Positions 40,085 through 53,513 of a stretch of 64,000 nucleotides of DNA are shown piece by piece. The stretch is taken from assembly GCA_951406725.2 (NCBI GenBank), contig OX597814.1, positions 128,464,001-128,528,000 of the forward strand, in the 5' to 3' direction. The DNA comes from Octopus vulgaris (lineage: Eukaryota). The translations under genes and the position numbers were made by a program. Numbering within the stretch: the first letter of the stretch is position 1; each line of letters opens with the position of its first letter. The notes under the pieces were generated by a model that worked only from the letters and a program-made list of their open reading frames with translations, made no database searches and had not been told where the DNA came from.

Positions 40085-41220
40085 TAAGTAAAGAATAAAA
40101 GATTTAAAAAAGATTATACATTGAGTTCTATATCTCTCGTTTATGCATACTCTCTTCTGACTATCCATTCTTTTCTCTTTTTCCTTTTCTCTAGACTTCG
40201 TTACACTTTCTAACGAAGAGCCATTCTTGGAACGTCGTATTTTTACTTTTAATTTCCCATTTAAAAGCTCCCGAGCGTCGTCCATTTGATTTACGCTGTT
40301 TTTGTTTTTGAAGTCACCCTTCGTCACCAATTTACGTACATCCATCCATCCATTCATACGTTGACATCATAAGAATTTTTATAAAATTCCGAGTGATCGC
40401 GAAATAATTCTTTTTTGGAACGGTGAATCTTTGAGCATATAAAGCTATAGATAATAAGATGTAAATATTGGGTTGAAAAACTTTCAGAGAGAAAAAGTCG
40501 ATGGCTACCTTTGGGACACGAACCCACATATCTTGTAGACACGAAAAGCATTTTACTGTTGTCCGCTCCCGTGTCCGAGCAGCCTTTGACTTTTCCTTTT
40601 CATTAGGACTTTTCAATTCAATATATACATGCTGTGATTTATGGATTTATTAGATTTATGTGCTTCGAGACACATTATTCCCACGCACACACATACATGC
40701 CCGCACACGCACACAATATATATAATGCAGAAACAAACAGTATAAGCATTTCTTATCTACTTCACACTTTCAATATTTTTATATTGTCTTCCTAATCTAC
40801 TTAGTTACGAAAGTATCCATCCCTGCGCTCTAAGTTTTAAACCTATATAGAACGAAAACAGTACAACAAACATTTTCATATAGTTTATTATATCACTTTG
40901 TGCTATCCATAGTTTACCCTCGACCCTATGCAACCACGATAACACTTATTTTAGTTTCCTTGGAGAAGTCAAGTGTAGTGAGCTGAACGACACTGTTATC
41001 AAGTAAGTGATTTTTGTTATGGTAACAGCTAATAACAGTTCTTGTTTTAAGCACCATCCAGTTACCCATCCATCCATCCATCCATCCCGCACTCCGACCC
41101 TGAAAATTCTGAGAAAAGATAAGCTCTAAGTCATGTTTTATTTATTGTCCTGGTATTCGCAGCCGCTGAGTCATTCTTTGTCTCCGGCAACTGTGTCGCC
41201 AAATGTTTATATATATATAT

Positions 41221-41263
<43 letters not shown>

Positions 41264-41365
41264 CACGCACATATATGCAGATACACATATAAATCACCTA
41301 AGTACACACACATATATACATACAAACACACGCATACATATTTATGTGTATAAATATATATACAT

Positions 41366-41398
<33 letters not shown>

Positions 41399-41404
41399 GG
41401 ATAT

Positions 41405-41448
<44 letters not shown>

Positions 41449-41541
41449 GCACATATATGCAGATACACATATAAATCACCCAAGTACACACACATATATA
41501 CATACAAACACATGCATACATATTTATGTGTATAAATACAG

Positions 41542-41581
<40 letters not shown>

Positions 41582-44500
41582 GTTTGTGTATATATGCATG
41601 TGTGTGTGTGTTTTGTGTACATCAGTCCCCATCCTTGTATAGATTACTTTAGCCAACTGTCTTTCTTCTTAAGAGAAACTATATATTATAAAACAAGTTT
41701 TTAAATTCTCCTGTCGTCATTTTCCTTGCACGAAAAAGAAATAAAATAGAAAATAAATCGTGTCCCCCCCCCCCCCCATTTTGTAATCTTTAACCAAGTT
41801 CTTGATTAGTTTTTCTTACTTTTTCCAGTCTTTCCTGGAAAATAATAAGTAAACTTGACGCACTTGCCGTCTGTGTTTATATAGCAGGATCGATTAGATG
41901 AATGTTTACTAAGCAGATTTGTGAATACGAAGTAAACGAGAATGTTATTTTTCTTTTTACACTTCAGTGTATGTACTTTTAATGATTTTGTCATTTATTT
42001 CTTTTGCTTAAATGACATTCAGATCGCAGAATTCGATCGTACTGAGAAACTAATGCTTTTATTTATTATTTCTTGTAAAGTTGAATATAATGACCGAATC
42101 AATAATTTTTATTATTTTGTCGGTGCTTGAAATACAGGCTTTCGTTTTGTTAGTTTCTTTCTGTCAAGTCATTTAGTACACACAAACAGACAGAGACTAC
42201 GATCATTACAACAAGCAATATCAAAAATAATGTCACTTAAAGACAATGTTTATGCCTTTCCTACTTCATTACAGTTTAATTAAAATTATTTTGTGACTTA
42301 AAGTCGAAAAACAAATTGTCCATGCATAATTTACTGCCTTAGCGTGGCACTCCTTCCTATCCTGGACTTATTTAAACCCCGTTTTTAAGTGCAAGACGTA
42401 GTAGACTTGATAATGGTTAGAAAAAATATGAAAATAAATATTTCTTTGTTCTCTCTCTCTTCCTCTCTCTCTCTCACTCTCTCTCTTGTACTTTAGGAAC
42501 TTTTTGCAATAATACTACAAATAATGACTGATAAGAAGTTTGCACTGAAACATTTTCAAAAGTAAACTTCCTCATTTTATCATTGTTCAGATTTTTAAAT
42601 CCTGTCGTGACCAACTCTGCTATTCATTCATCCAGGGTCCTTAAACTAAAATATCAATTATATACTGCAGTTGATATATAATCAACTGATTTCTTGTTTG
42701 TAAACCTGAGGTATCTGCCAAACCGATTTCTCTTATAGAGACCAGTTCATAGTTAACAGTTATTTATTTATATTGAATATCATCTAATTATAATTTGTTC
42801 GTTTGAAATTTCCAAAGTAAAACACTGGAAATATATCTTAGAACATGCTACTTGTTTTTGAAACCTTGCTAAAGTGACAGTTAATGTTGTGATACAATTA
42901 TTCATATTTTTCTGCTGTCTCCAGTTTGCCTGGTTGATAACAGGATTGGCTTTGATTTCATAATTTAGTATTTAGCTGTAGGAAGAACAAATCTTTTAAT
43001 ACGAATATATTCTCCAGCTATAAGCCAATGTTCAAATATGCAAAAAAAAAATAAAATAAAAATATCCCCATCAATGACAACTTAGAGGACGGGTGCAAAA
43101 ATCAACACAGGAACCTCTATGTTAAAAGTATATAATGGGAGCATCATCATCGTCGTTTTACCCCTCACTTTTCTATGCTTACAAGTGTGAAACGGAGTTT
43201 ATTGAGGCAGATTTTCAATAGCTGGATGCCCTTCCCAACCAGAGTGGAATGAGTGCTTTTTACGTGGCACCAGCACAGGCGAGGTCAGTTTTGGCATGAT
43301 TTTAATAGCTGGATGCCCTTTCAAATGCCAACCACTTTACAGTGTGGACTGGGTGCTTTTTACGTGGCATCAGCACAGGCGAGGTCAGTTTTGCCAAGGT
43401 TTTAATAGCTGGATGCCCTTCCAAATGCCATCCACTTTACAGTGTGGATTGGGTGCTTTTTAAGAGGCACCTGCACTGGCAGGGTCACCGAGTAAGTTTG
43501 CAAGACAAAGAATCTTTGAGAGTGGGGGAGGCATTGGAGGAAGTGATCTTGTCAGATGATGAAAGTTTAGAGTGTGACAGAGAGACAAACAGGTGTCTTG
43601 CTGAAGAAGGGGTACATGGTTACCTGGCTAGAGAGGGAGAGAAAGTTAACAAAAATGAGGACAGAAACGGGTATCCTGCTGTAATGGAGATACATGGTTA
43701 CCCTGCCAGAGGGAAGAGCAAGAGATACACAAACTCATACAATGAACATCTTTCAGTTCCTATTTACTGAATCTACTCATGGCTCTGGTAACCTTAGTGG
43801 AATAGGGAGTGGTTGGAGACCATGCAGTTGTTAGCCTCAAATTGCCAGGCCTGGTCGGTGTTTGTGAGAGATGCAGCATTGAGGATGAATGAAGCCAGCT
43901 CAACCCACCCCGGGTGAATGCTGTTTCAAGACAAGAAGGTTTGTAGGGGAAAACACTTGCCTGAGGTGCCTTGCCTTAGAACTGAACCAGAAACCATGTG
44001 GTTGGGAAGCAAACTTCTTAACCACCCAGCCACCCCTGCAACTACAGAAACTCAGTAAATAATTACTGAAGTCTTTTATTGAAGTCTTGTAGTCATCCAT
44101 GTAATGCTGTAGTTGTACCATTAAATAATCGAACTCCTACATAGAATGTTGCTTCATTTAATAACCCAGCTTGTGTGACCATGTAGTTGAGTTACATGAC
44201 CTAGCAAGTGTGTCAGGCTTACCATATCTTAATCACAGAAATCTTATATTTTTTCCTTCCTTTTACAATGCAATTGATCTTTGACATACTCCTACTTTCA
44301 AAATCAAGCCAACTCTGCATAGATTAGTTTTCAAACTCCCGGTGATTGAATCTGAATTAATTTCTAAACTCATATTGCTTTATTATGGATGAGTTTTAGA
44401 CCTGTGATACTGGGACATGGATCAATTTTTAAATTCATTTTGAGTTTGATCACTTTTGTGCATTAGGTGTAATGCAAATTCATTGTCATTTAGTATATCT

Positions 44501-45932
44501 GAACCGTGTACAGATATAATCCAAAACTATGTCAAAATTGCCGCACCTCGACCACTGGAATGTTATAGTTCCCCCTTTCACAGTGTACTTGACCTCCGAC
44601 ACACTCCTGTTTCAAACTCTTTATCTATTGATTTATGGAGTTCCAATTGTGCCTGGAACTATTTTCCCAACTAATGGTGCTTTGGCAGGGATTATCTTCA
44701 AACTCATGTTGTTTAGGCATGGGTTAGCTTCAAGCTCCAGTGTATTATTACTGGGCATCCATACAATGTAAAATTTTATTTGTCATTCAGTATTTCTTAA
44801 CTTAGTCAACATTACAGTAAGCCCAGTGAGTGTTTGCTCAAGTCCTTTATTGAAGTCTCACAGTAAAGTATTCATCCAAATAATGTTGTAGTCACATGTG
44901 GATCTTTAGCTCTAGAAGGATTATCTAATTGTATAACCACACACCCAGATTGAACTGCTAGCCTGGATTTATTCTGTTTGGCTGTCACTTTTCAATTTCT
45001 GCAACTTTTGTTCCAATTGATTTCATATATGATGTGTTGGTGTAGTTTTGTATGGTAATTATTGACATGAAATTCATTTTTACTATAAGTCAATCTATAA
45101 AGAGTTAATAGCTTTTAAAGTTAGAAAATTTGGGGTAACTTTTTTAGCCAATCAAAAGCCACAAACATATAGGTGTCTGTTTCCATAATAAAAAACCAAG
45201 CTGCTTACCCATGTGGTCATTTTTCGTTTATTAAATGCTTAAAACACATGAGATATGAGGTGATCCTCAAATGTGCTAAAAACAATAAGCTAAATAGGCC
45301 TTGAATCATGCACAATTTTTGTTTTTGCATAATTGTATTCCTGTGTGCAGAATACAAATTCACAAAATTTTTCTGAAAATTCCAAAAAAATAAACAAGTT
45401 ATGAGAGGTTATAATAGCATGCATAAAGCAGAATTCTACCAATATTTCATTTGTTTACAGTGAAAATGACAGCTTCCAATTCTTGTTTTCTGACTGGGTA
45501 AAAATAATCAAACTTTAAACCTCTGTAACTTTTTAAAAAAATTTTTCTAGTAAAAGTGGATTAGCCCCCGAAATTTTGCATGGAAACTTACCTCAATACA
45601 TCAGATTTTAAAATTTTCACTAAACTTTAAAATTTCCACAGGTGCAAGCCAAAAAGAAAAGATCCACTAGTCCTGTTAAACAGTCTGGTTCATGTGCCCT
45701 TCAGGTTGAGTAACATGACAGAAAATAATGTGGATGACAGTAAATATTTTGGATGTGAACCCTTTTAATACCAGTAGTAAACTTTAAGTGTATTTGAACA
45801 TGTATATCTGAGCTGAGAAAAATAAGGTATCTTTCATTTTAGAAATTGATAGGTGCATCAGCTTATATTACATTACAGCTTTGAGCTTAAGTATTAAGCA
45901 ATTTGTTTTCATATTGGCTTTTAGTTACCTTT

Positions 45933-46359
45933 CTCTCTTTCTCTTTTACTTGTTTCAGTCATTTTGCTGCGGCCATGCTGGAGCACCGCTTTTAGTCAAG
46001 CAAATCGACCCCAGGACTTATTATTTGTAAGCCTGGTACTTATTCTATCGGTCTCTTTTGCCGAACTGCTAAGTTACAGGGACGCAAACACACTAGCATT
46101 GGTTGTCAAGCGATGTTGTGTGTGTGTGTGTGTGTGTGGGGGGAAAACACAGACACACAAACACACACACACATATAAAAATATATATACATATATATGA
46201 CGGGCTTCTTCCAGTTTCTGTCTACCAAATCCACTCACAAGGCTTTGGTCGGCCCGAGGCTATAGTAGAAGACACTTGCCCGAGGTGCCATGCAGTGGGA
46301 CTGAACTCGGAATCATGTGGTTGGTAAGCAAGCTACTTACCACACAGCCACTCCTGTGC
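45933..46359 (-). mobile_element. tRNA/CORE-like SINE
   Basis: Colinear with the other copies. Confidence 0.85.
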
Positions 46360-48604
46360 TTTATCGACAATTGGTTTCAAATGGAGACAAAGAAGTCCCC
46401 TAACCAAATCTTCCTCAAATCACGTCTTAGCCTCTGAAAAAAAAAATGTAAACATTGGATAATATAGTTCTAGGTACACTGTGACTGAAAATATTGGATA
46501 GTCACAACTAGATTGGGGTTGTCATTTTGATCATAAATCTGTTTTATCAGGGCCTCCATGGTGGCCAACCAACAACATAGAGTCTACAAGTGAGACAAAT
46601 AAAACAAAATAGCTTCCACAGATGAATAAATGTATATAATTATAAAACAATTAAAGAACATCATCATCATCTTTTAACGTCCACTTTCCATGCTAGCATG
46701 GGTTGGACGATTTGACTGAAGTCTGGTGAACCAGATGGCTGCACCAGGCTCCAATCTGATCTGGCAGAGTTTCTACAGTTGGATGCCCTTCCTAATGCCA
46801 ACCACTCTGAGAGTGTAGTGGGTGCTTTTACGTGTCACCGGCACGCGGACCAGTCAGACGATACTGGCAATGGCCACACTCAAATGGTGCTTTTTATGTG
46901 CCACCTGCACAGGAGCCACTCCAGCGGTACTGGCAACAACCTCGCTCGAATGTTTTTTCATGTGCCACCAGCACAAGTGCCAGTAAGGCAACGCAGGTAA
47001 TGATCACGCTCGAATGGTGGTTTTTACGTGCCATCACATTTCACATTACTAGCTCTATTGGACATTGTTTTCAAATGTTTGTATAAAAATGTTTATGATT
47101 AGAATATACAGAAGTAGACTAAGAATTGAAGTATGTGTAACTGCTAGTACAGTATATTATTCTACTTAAAAACAAACACCACTCCTATTTTATTGGGGAG
47201 TGAGTAAGATGAAAAAAGTCATCTGTAAAAGTACTTGTTCTGACAATTCCTAAGCAAATATCTATGATTACAGGGAATGTTGAATGCAAAAACCACTGAA
47301 AAAAACAAAAAAGCTTAATGAATCATGTCAAATTAAAAGTTTATCTTTTCAGTCCCTCTTTCCCTTTCATTTGACTTTTTTCATTTTTTCCTGTTGTAAA
47401 ATATTGACTAAATCACTACGTCTCAGATAATAAATAGACATGGAGAACTAGATTCAACCCATTCAATACAATTATCATTATTATGCAGTTGGCAGAATCA
47501 TTACAGTCTTTGACAAAATGCTTTGTAATATTTTTTTTCAATTTTCTTCATCCGAAGTTCAATACCCAATGGGGTCAACCTTGCTTGTTGTTATTTCAGA
47601 GTTGACAAAATAAAGTACTGGGATTGATAGTATTTACTAATAAATAATGTAATAATGAACTTTCCCTCAAATTTGCTGGCCTAGTGTCATCATCATCATC
47701 ATCATCGTTTAACATCTGCTTTCCATGCTAGCATGGGTTGGACGATTTTGACTGAGGGCTGGTGAACCAGATGGCTGTGCCAGGCTCCAATCTTGATCTG
47801 GCAGAGTTTCTACAGCTGGATGCCCTTTCTAACGCCAACCACTCCGAGAGTGTAGTGGGTGCTTTTACGTGCCACTGGCACGGGGGCCAGTCAGGTGGTA
47901 CTGGCAACGACCTCGCTCGAATCTTTTTACACATGCCACCAGCACAGGTGCCAGTAAGTGTCTAAACTAGAAACAATTATAGGGTTACCTAATCACTATC
48001 CTTTTTATTGAGACTTAAGCACTGTGGTACAGGTGCCACATAAAAAGCACTGGTGATGATGCCATGCAAAAAGCACCCTGTGCACTCCGTAACTTGTTGG
48101 CGTTAGGAAGGGTATCCAGCTGTAGAAACCAAGCTAGAATAGAATAAGGAATCTGGTGCAGCCCCTAGCCTTGTCAGCTCCTGTCAAGCTGTCCAACCCA
48201 TGTCAGCATGTAAAACAGATGTTAAATTATGATGATGAAGCTAATTGATGCTGCCACCATCATTATTTTTTCACTAAGATCCCCACTCTAGCCCCACCAT
48301 TATTGTGTGATCTGTGAGGTCTTATTCAATAATTTTGCTTCATATTTTTATATATCTCAGCCTCAGTGCTTTCCCAGCTTGTCAAAAAATTAGTTGAAAT
48401 ATTTGAAGTTTCTATTCAGAATATTTTTCATTAATTTATGCAGATAATATTGAAATGTAATATTTTCCAGGTCTGGCTCCTGAAAATGCAAAGCAACTAA
48501 CTGCTGATGAAATGCTGCGACTAAAATTATATTCTGTGATCAAAGGTAGATATCAATTTCTTCGCAAAGCAAAAACAGGCAAGAAGTTTATTTGAGCAAA
48601 CAAT

Positions 48605-49948
48605 ATGGAAATGGATTTGAAATTAAAAATATTTAGCTGTGGAATATGTAAAGAGACCTTTTCTTTGACTAAAGAACTAAGTGCACACATGAAAATACAT
48701 TCAAAAGAAATAAAGCCTTTTAAATGTAAAATATGTGGGAAAAGTTTTACAAAGAATTTCCTCTTAAAAGTTCACACACAAAAACACAATGGAAAGCAGT
48801 TTCATTGTAAAGTATGCAATAAAGGATTTTCAGAAAACTATAACTTGAAAAATCATATGCGACTTCATACTGGTGAGAAACCTTTTCATTGCAACGTATG
48901 TAACGAAAAGTTTTCAACAAATTACTTTTTTAAAAAGCACATGATATTGCATACTGGAAAAAATCCTTTCCAATGTAAAATTTGTGATGCAAATTTTTCA
49001 TCTAATTATCTTCTTAAAAAACATGCCAGAATTCATCCGAGTGAGAAAGTATTTGCTTGTGAAATATGTGGTAAAGACTTTTTTACAAGTTACTTGTTAA
49101 AAAGGCATGTCAGGGCACATACTGGGGAGAAACCATTTCGCTGTGAAATTTGCGACAAACTATTTTCTACAGGGTATCTTTTAAAAAGACATCTTTGGGG
49201 ACACACAGGAGAGAGACATTTTTACTGTGAGATTTGTGGAAAAGATTTTGCTTTTTGTGAATCATTAAAACGACACTTGAAAACACATTATGACGAGGAA
49301 CGATACTCCTGTGAGATATGTGGGAATGATTTTGCTACAAATTATTATTTAAAATGCCACTTGCGTACACATTCTGGAGAAAAACCTTTCCACTGTGAAA
49401 CATGTGGGAAAGATTTCTCATTTGGTCAGTCTTTAGCAAGACACATTCGAATACATACTGGTGAAAGACCGTTCCTTTGTTCAACGTGTGGTAAAGATTT
49501 TTCTCAATATTCTCAACTAACGAAGCATACAAGAACTCATACTGGTGAGAAACCATTCCATTGTGAAATATGTGGTAAGGATTATTCTGGGAACTGTGAT
49601 TTAAGGAATCATATGATGGTTCATACCGGTGAGAAACGGTATAATTGCAGGTTTTGTGGAGAAAAGCTGTCTACATACTATTACTTGAAAAAACATATTA
49701 GATCACACACAGGAGAGAAACCTTTCCGTTGTACAATTTGTGGAGAAACCTTCTCCTCTAATTACTTTTTGAAGAGACATAGAATGGTACATACTGGAGA
49801 GGAAAGCTTTGTCTGCAATGTATGTGGTAAAGAATTTTCATATAATGAATCATTAAGAAGGCACAAGAAAACTCATAATGGAAAGGAAGCACTTGCTAAT
49901 AAAGATTCTTGTAAAAGTTTATCTGTGAAAGAGAATATGAAGGTTTGA
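48605..49948 (+). CDS. Tandem C2H2 zinc-finger protein, 15 fingers, 447 aa, single coding exon
   Basis: 15 CxxC-x12-HxxxH units, many with TGEKP-type linkers; no KRAB/BTB/SCAN domain seen; polypyrimidine acceptor tattttccag at 48461-48470. Confidence 0.95.
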   Translation: MEMDLKLKIFSCGICKETFSLTKELSAHMKIHSKEIKPFKCKICGKSFTKNFLLKVHTQKHNGKQFHCKVCNKGFSENYNLKNHMRLHTGEKPFHCNVCNEKFSTNYFFKKHMILHTGKNPFQCKICDANFSSNYLLKKHARIHPSEKVFACEICGKDFFTSYLLKRHVRAHTGEKPFRCEICDKLFSTGYLLKRHLWGHTGERHFYCEICGKDFAFCESLKRHLKTHYDEERYSCEICGNDFATNYYLKCHLRTHSGEKPFHCETCGKDFSFGQSLARHIRIHTGERPFLCSTCGKDFSQYSQLTKHTRTHTGEKPFHCEICGKDYSGNCDLRNHMMVHTGEKRYNCRFCGEKLSTYYYLKKHIRSHTGEKPFRCTICGETFSSNYFLKRHRMVHTGEESFVCNVCGKEFSYNESLRRHKKTHNGKEALANKDSCKSLSVKENMKV

Positions 49949-51229
49949 AAAGCAATTTTATTTTTTAAACAAATACAGCTGAAGCAGACAACTACAATTT
50001 TGACTTTCAACATCATGATGAAAAGTAAGTGAACTGTAACATGCCAAAGATGTTTTTAGTTTTTGACAAGAGCCTGATGGAGCCACTTCCTAACAGTGTG
50101 ATACCTGGAGTCTTCAATGAATTTTGTTTTCACTATCTGTGTTGGACAAAATTTGGTGTTTTCTTACCTCCAGTAAGACTTTCAATATGCCTTAAGGAAT
50201 AGCTTTGACTGACTCCAGCAATATACTTGATTAGCTCTTCCAGTGTATGTGTTGTCTAGGAAGAGCCAGTTCATGGTTTGGCCCTGTGTGTTATTGTTTT
50301 AGTTTCTTTGGTCCTTGGAGCTGGCTGGTCACAATCAAGCACCCCATTCCATCTATCAACCTCTCACTACCATTCTATATCCAACCACAATAATCACTAT
50401 ATCCAATCCTTCCTGTCCTCCAGGATATCATCCTGCTAGTTGCTCTTTCCTATTCATGTCTCTCCTGCAGGTATTGACTTGCAATGCTTCTAACAGAACA
50501 TTAATGACATCAATCTCACCAGTCTCAGAGGGCCTGCAAAGATCACAGTTTATACTCCTTCCTCTAGAATTAAAAAAAAAAAGGCATACTGGAATATATC
50601 TGTTGGGATGTCTGCCAACATTCTAGCATTCTCAGATACTATACATGTGATACACAGGTCAGGTAAAGGATTAAAAGGATCTGCCCTTCACAATGATTTG
50701 GGGGTCACATTCAACATAGTTCTGAAGTGAGGTAATCCAATTTATCTGGATCAATCATTCAATATGTGGCAACACACCAGAAAAATACCCCAAGGTAATT
50801 TCCAAGGTTCAGCTCCCAATCCAGGAAGTCATGCTCAACAGATATAGGTGTTCTCTGAGCAGTGAATAGATCAACCTTACTTACAATTGATCCACTTGTC
50901 CTTACAGCAACTCTGAAAGAAAGATTTCTGCTCATCCAACAGAATTTCACTCTTGAGACTTTCCATGAATCTGTATATGAATGCTTCTCTGTAATTGATT
51001 AGGGTTTCCTTCCAGAAGGGTTTCTTTCCAGAAGAGTAACCTTGATAAGGTGTCTTAATTTCAGTTGTGAGAAACCAAGTATTTATGGCGATTTTCTTTT
51101 TTTTTCCAACAATTTGAAAAACTTAACATGCAGAAAACTTATATTTTTATTGAAAATTAATTTGTTACTTCTTTCTTTCATTTACAGTCAAAATTTGCAA
51201 AAATTCTTTCTAACACACAATGATATATT

Positions 51230-51441
51230 CTTTACTCTCTTTTACTTGTTTCAGTCATTTGACTGTGGACATGTTGGAGCACCACCTTTAGTCAAGCAAA
51301 TCGACCCCAGGACTTATTCTTTGTAAGCCTAGTACTTATTCTATTGGTCTCTTTTGCTGAACCGCTAAGTTACGGGGACGTAGACACACCAGCATCAGTT
51401 GTCAAGCGATGTTGTGGGGATAAACGCAGACACACAAGCAT

Positions 51442-51492
<51 letters not shown>

Positions 51493-51610
51493 TGAATTGA
51501 AGAAATGGAGCTGAACGCAGATTGAACAGAAATCGTTTTATTTCATTCTACACGTGTTTCGAACTTTTGATTAATCTACTACAAGATTATTCATCTTTCT
51601 ATTTCACATA

Positions 51611-51643
<33 letters not shown>

Positions 51644-51810
51644 CACGACGGGCTTCGTTCAGTTTCCGTCTACCAAATCCACTCACAAGGCTTTGGTCAG
51701 CCTGAGGCTATAGTAGAAGACACTTGCCCAAGGTGCCATGCAGTTGGACTGGACCCGGAACCATGTCGTTGGTAAGCAAGCTACATACCACACAGCCGCT
51801 CCTACACCTA
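51230..51810 (-). mobile_element. tRNA/CORE-like SINE with a ~120-bp insert in its (TA)n tract
   Basis: Colinear with the other copies; extra sequence at about 51490-51610 between TA runs. Confidence 0.8.
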
Positions 51811-52127
51811 TGTATATAAAGTAAAAAATGATGACAGAAACCATGTGATTGTATACCTGTAGGGTAAACCATATACAAAAATATTTCCTATTTTGAACAG
51901 CTTAATTCTACGTATACCCACCTTCAGAATATCAATATTTCATCATTTCTGTGTACAGGAAGTAAATTGGAGAGAAAGAAGCTGACTATGGAAACTGATT
52001 CTTTGTAAGCCCTTTTTATCAGTCTCTTTTGCCGAACCACTAAGTTACAGGGATGTAAACACACCAACATCGGTTGTCAAGTGATGCTGGTGGAACAAAC
52101 ACAAAGACATATAAATATATACCTACA

Positions 52128-52533
52128 TTTTTTTTTTCTAGTTTCAGCTCAGAGCTGCGGCCATGCTGATGCACTGCCGTTTTGTGCTACACTGTTATTA
52201 CGACGAACCTCGTCTAATATGTGGTACTTTGTGAAGAATGGAGTTTGATATAGCTACTCTCATTTGCACCTCTTGCCGTGAGGTAGGTTCATCTGGGACT
52301 CTTGACAAGAAGATGTCCAGCTTTGATTTAAAAACCGCTACATCTACTTTGTGCAAGTTCTTCAGACTCTTTGGGAGAATATTAAAAAGCTGTGGGCCCT
52401 TGAAACCCAGGCTGTTGCAGAAGCTGGTCCTGAAGCGTGATGGCATTGCTGGGATCTTTGGCACTATGCAGTGTCGTCCCGTTCTAGCATTGGTGTAGCT
52501 TACAATGCCAAAATTTGGCACAATTCCTTCCAT
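52128..52533 (-). mobile_element. 3' end of a CR1-group LINE (ORF2 C-terminus, short 3' UTR, A tail)
   Basis: NSLGFKGPQLFNILPKSLKNL...FKSKLDIFLSRVPDEP is typical of CR1-group ORF2 ends; stop at 52198 followed by a short tail. Confidence 0.8.
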
Positions 52534-52553
52534 ATATATATATAAGCTTTAGT

Positions 52554-52609
<56 letters not shown>

Positions 52610-53513
52610 CAACACGTATCTTTCAGTTTCCACCTACTATCTCTACTCACAAGGCTTTGGTCAGCCCAAGGCTATAGTAGAAGGCATTTGTCCAAGCTGC
52701 TATGCAGAGGGACTGAACCTGGAATCATGTGGTTGGCAAGCTAGCTTCAACCACATATCCACACTTGTACCAATATGTTGAAAAGTTTTAGAATTTGTTC
52801 TTAGTTTTCTGTTAGATTCCTTGTACTCCTTCTTATGTTGTTCATTAATCATTGAATTAATTTTGAATTTTTTTCACACCATTTTCTGTTGTGGTTTTGA
52901 GCCTCACAGATTATTCTATACTTGTTTCTCACATTCTGCATACTTCGATTCTTATCAACTTCAAAACAATCTGCCAGGCTTTTATGCTCTTCAAGGTTGG
53001 GGAGCCCACAACATGTTGCTGAAAGGGGATTCTAAAAACATGGACCTCATTTTACTAGTGCTAATTTTGCTAATTTTGGAAAACGTTTCCCCTAATCTTG
53101 AGGGCTTGCAAAGGCCATATAGGCTCAGCCAACTTTCTTCAAACACATTCAATAAAAATAAATAAATAAAAGGTGTTCCAAAAGGATCTCAGGTATAAAA
53201 ACCCAACTCCTCACAAACCCTAGATTTAATGTACATAGAAGAAGGGTTACTCTTAAATTATATACATCCAACACTTACTATGTCTAGCTGCTCTTACAGA
53301 AATCATACATACTTCATAATGTTCTCTAGCCACTTCCAAAATAGCAACCAACAACAGACAGAGCCCTTAAAAATAGCAGCTAAATCCCTCAAATCACTAC
53401 TAGTAAACTTTAAAAGGAAGGTGATTTTAGATGAAATATGTCTGAAAACAGGATGGAAAGAGTTAATAACCTCTGTGAATCCTATGCAACTGGAACTAAG
53501 TGTAGTTTGTTAA

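Noticed and set aside
40067-40616. Two overlapping ~95-aa minus-strand ORFs
   Set aside because: No recognisable motif or splice structure; one runs into a MITE end.
44050-45672. Possible LTR relic and DNA-transposon ends
   Set aside because: Only short imperfect repeats were seen; termini and coding motifs could not be supported.
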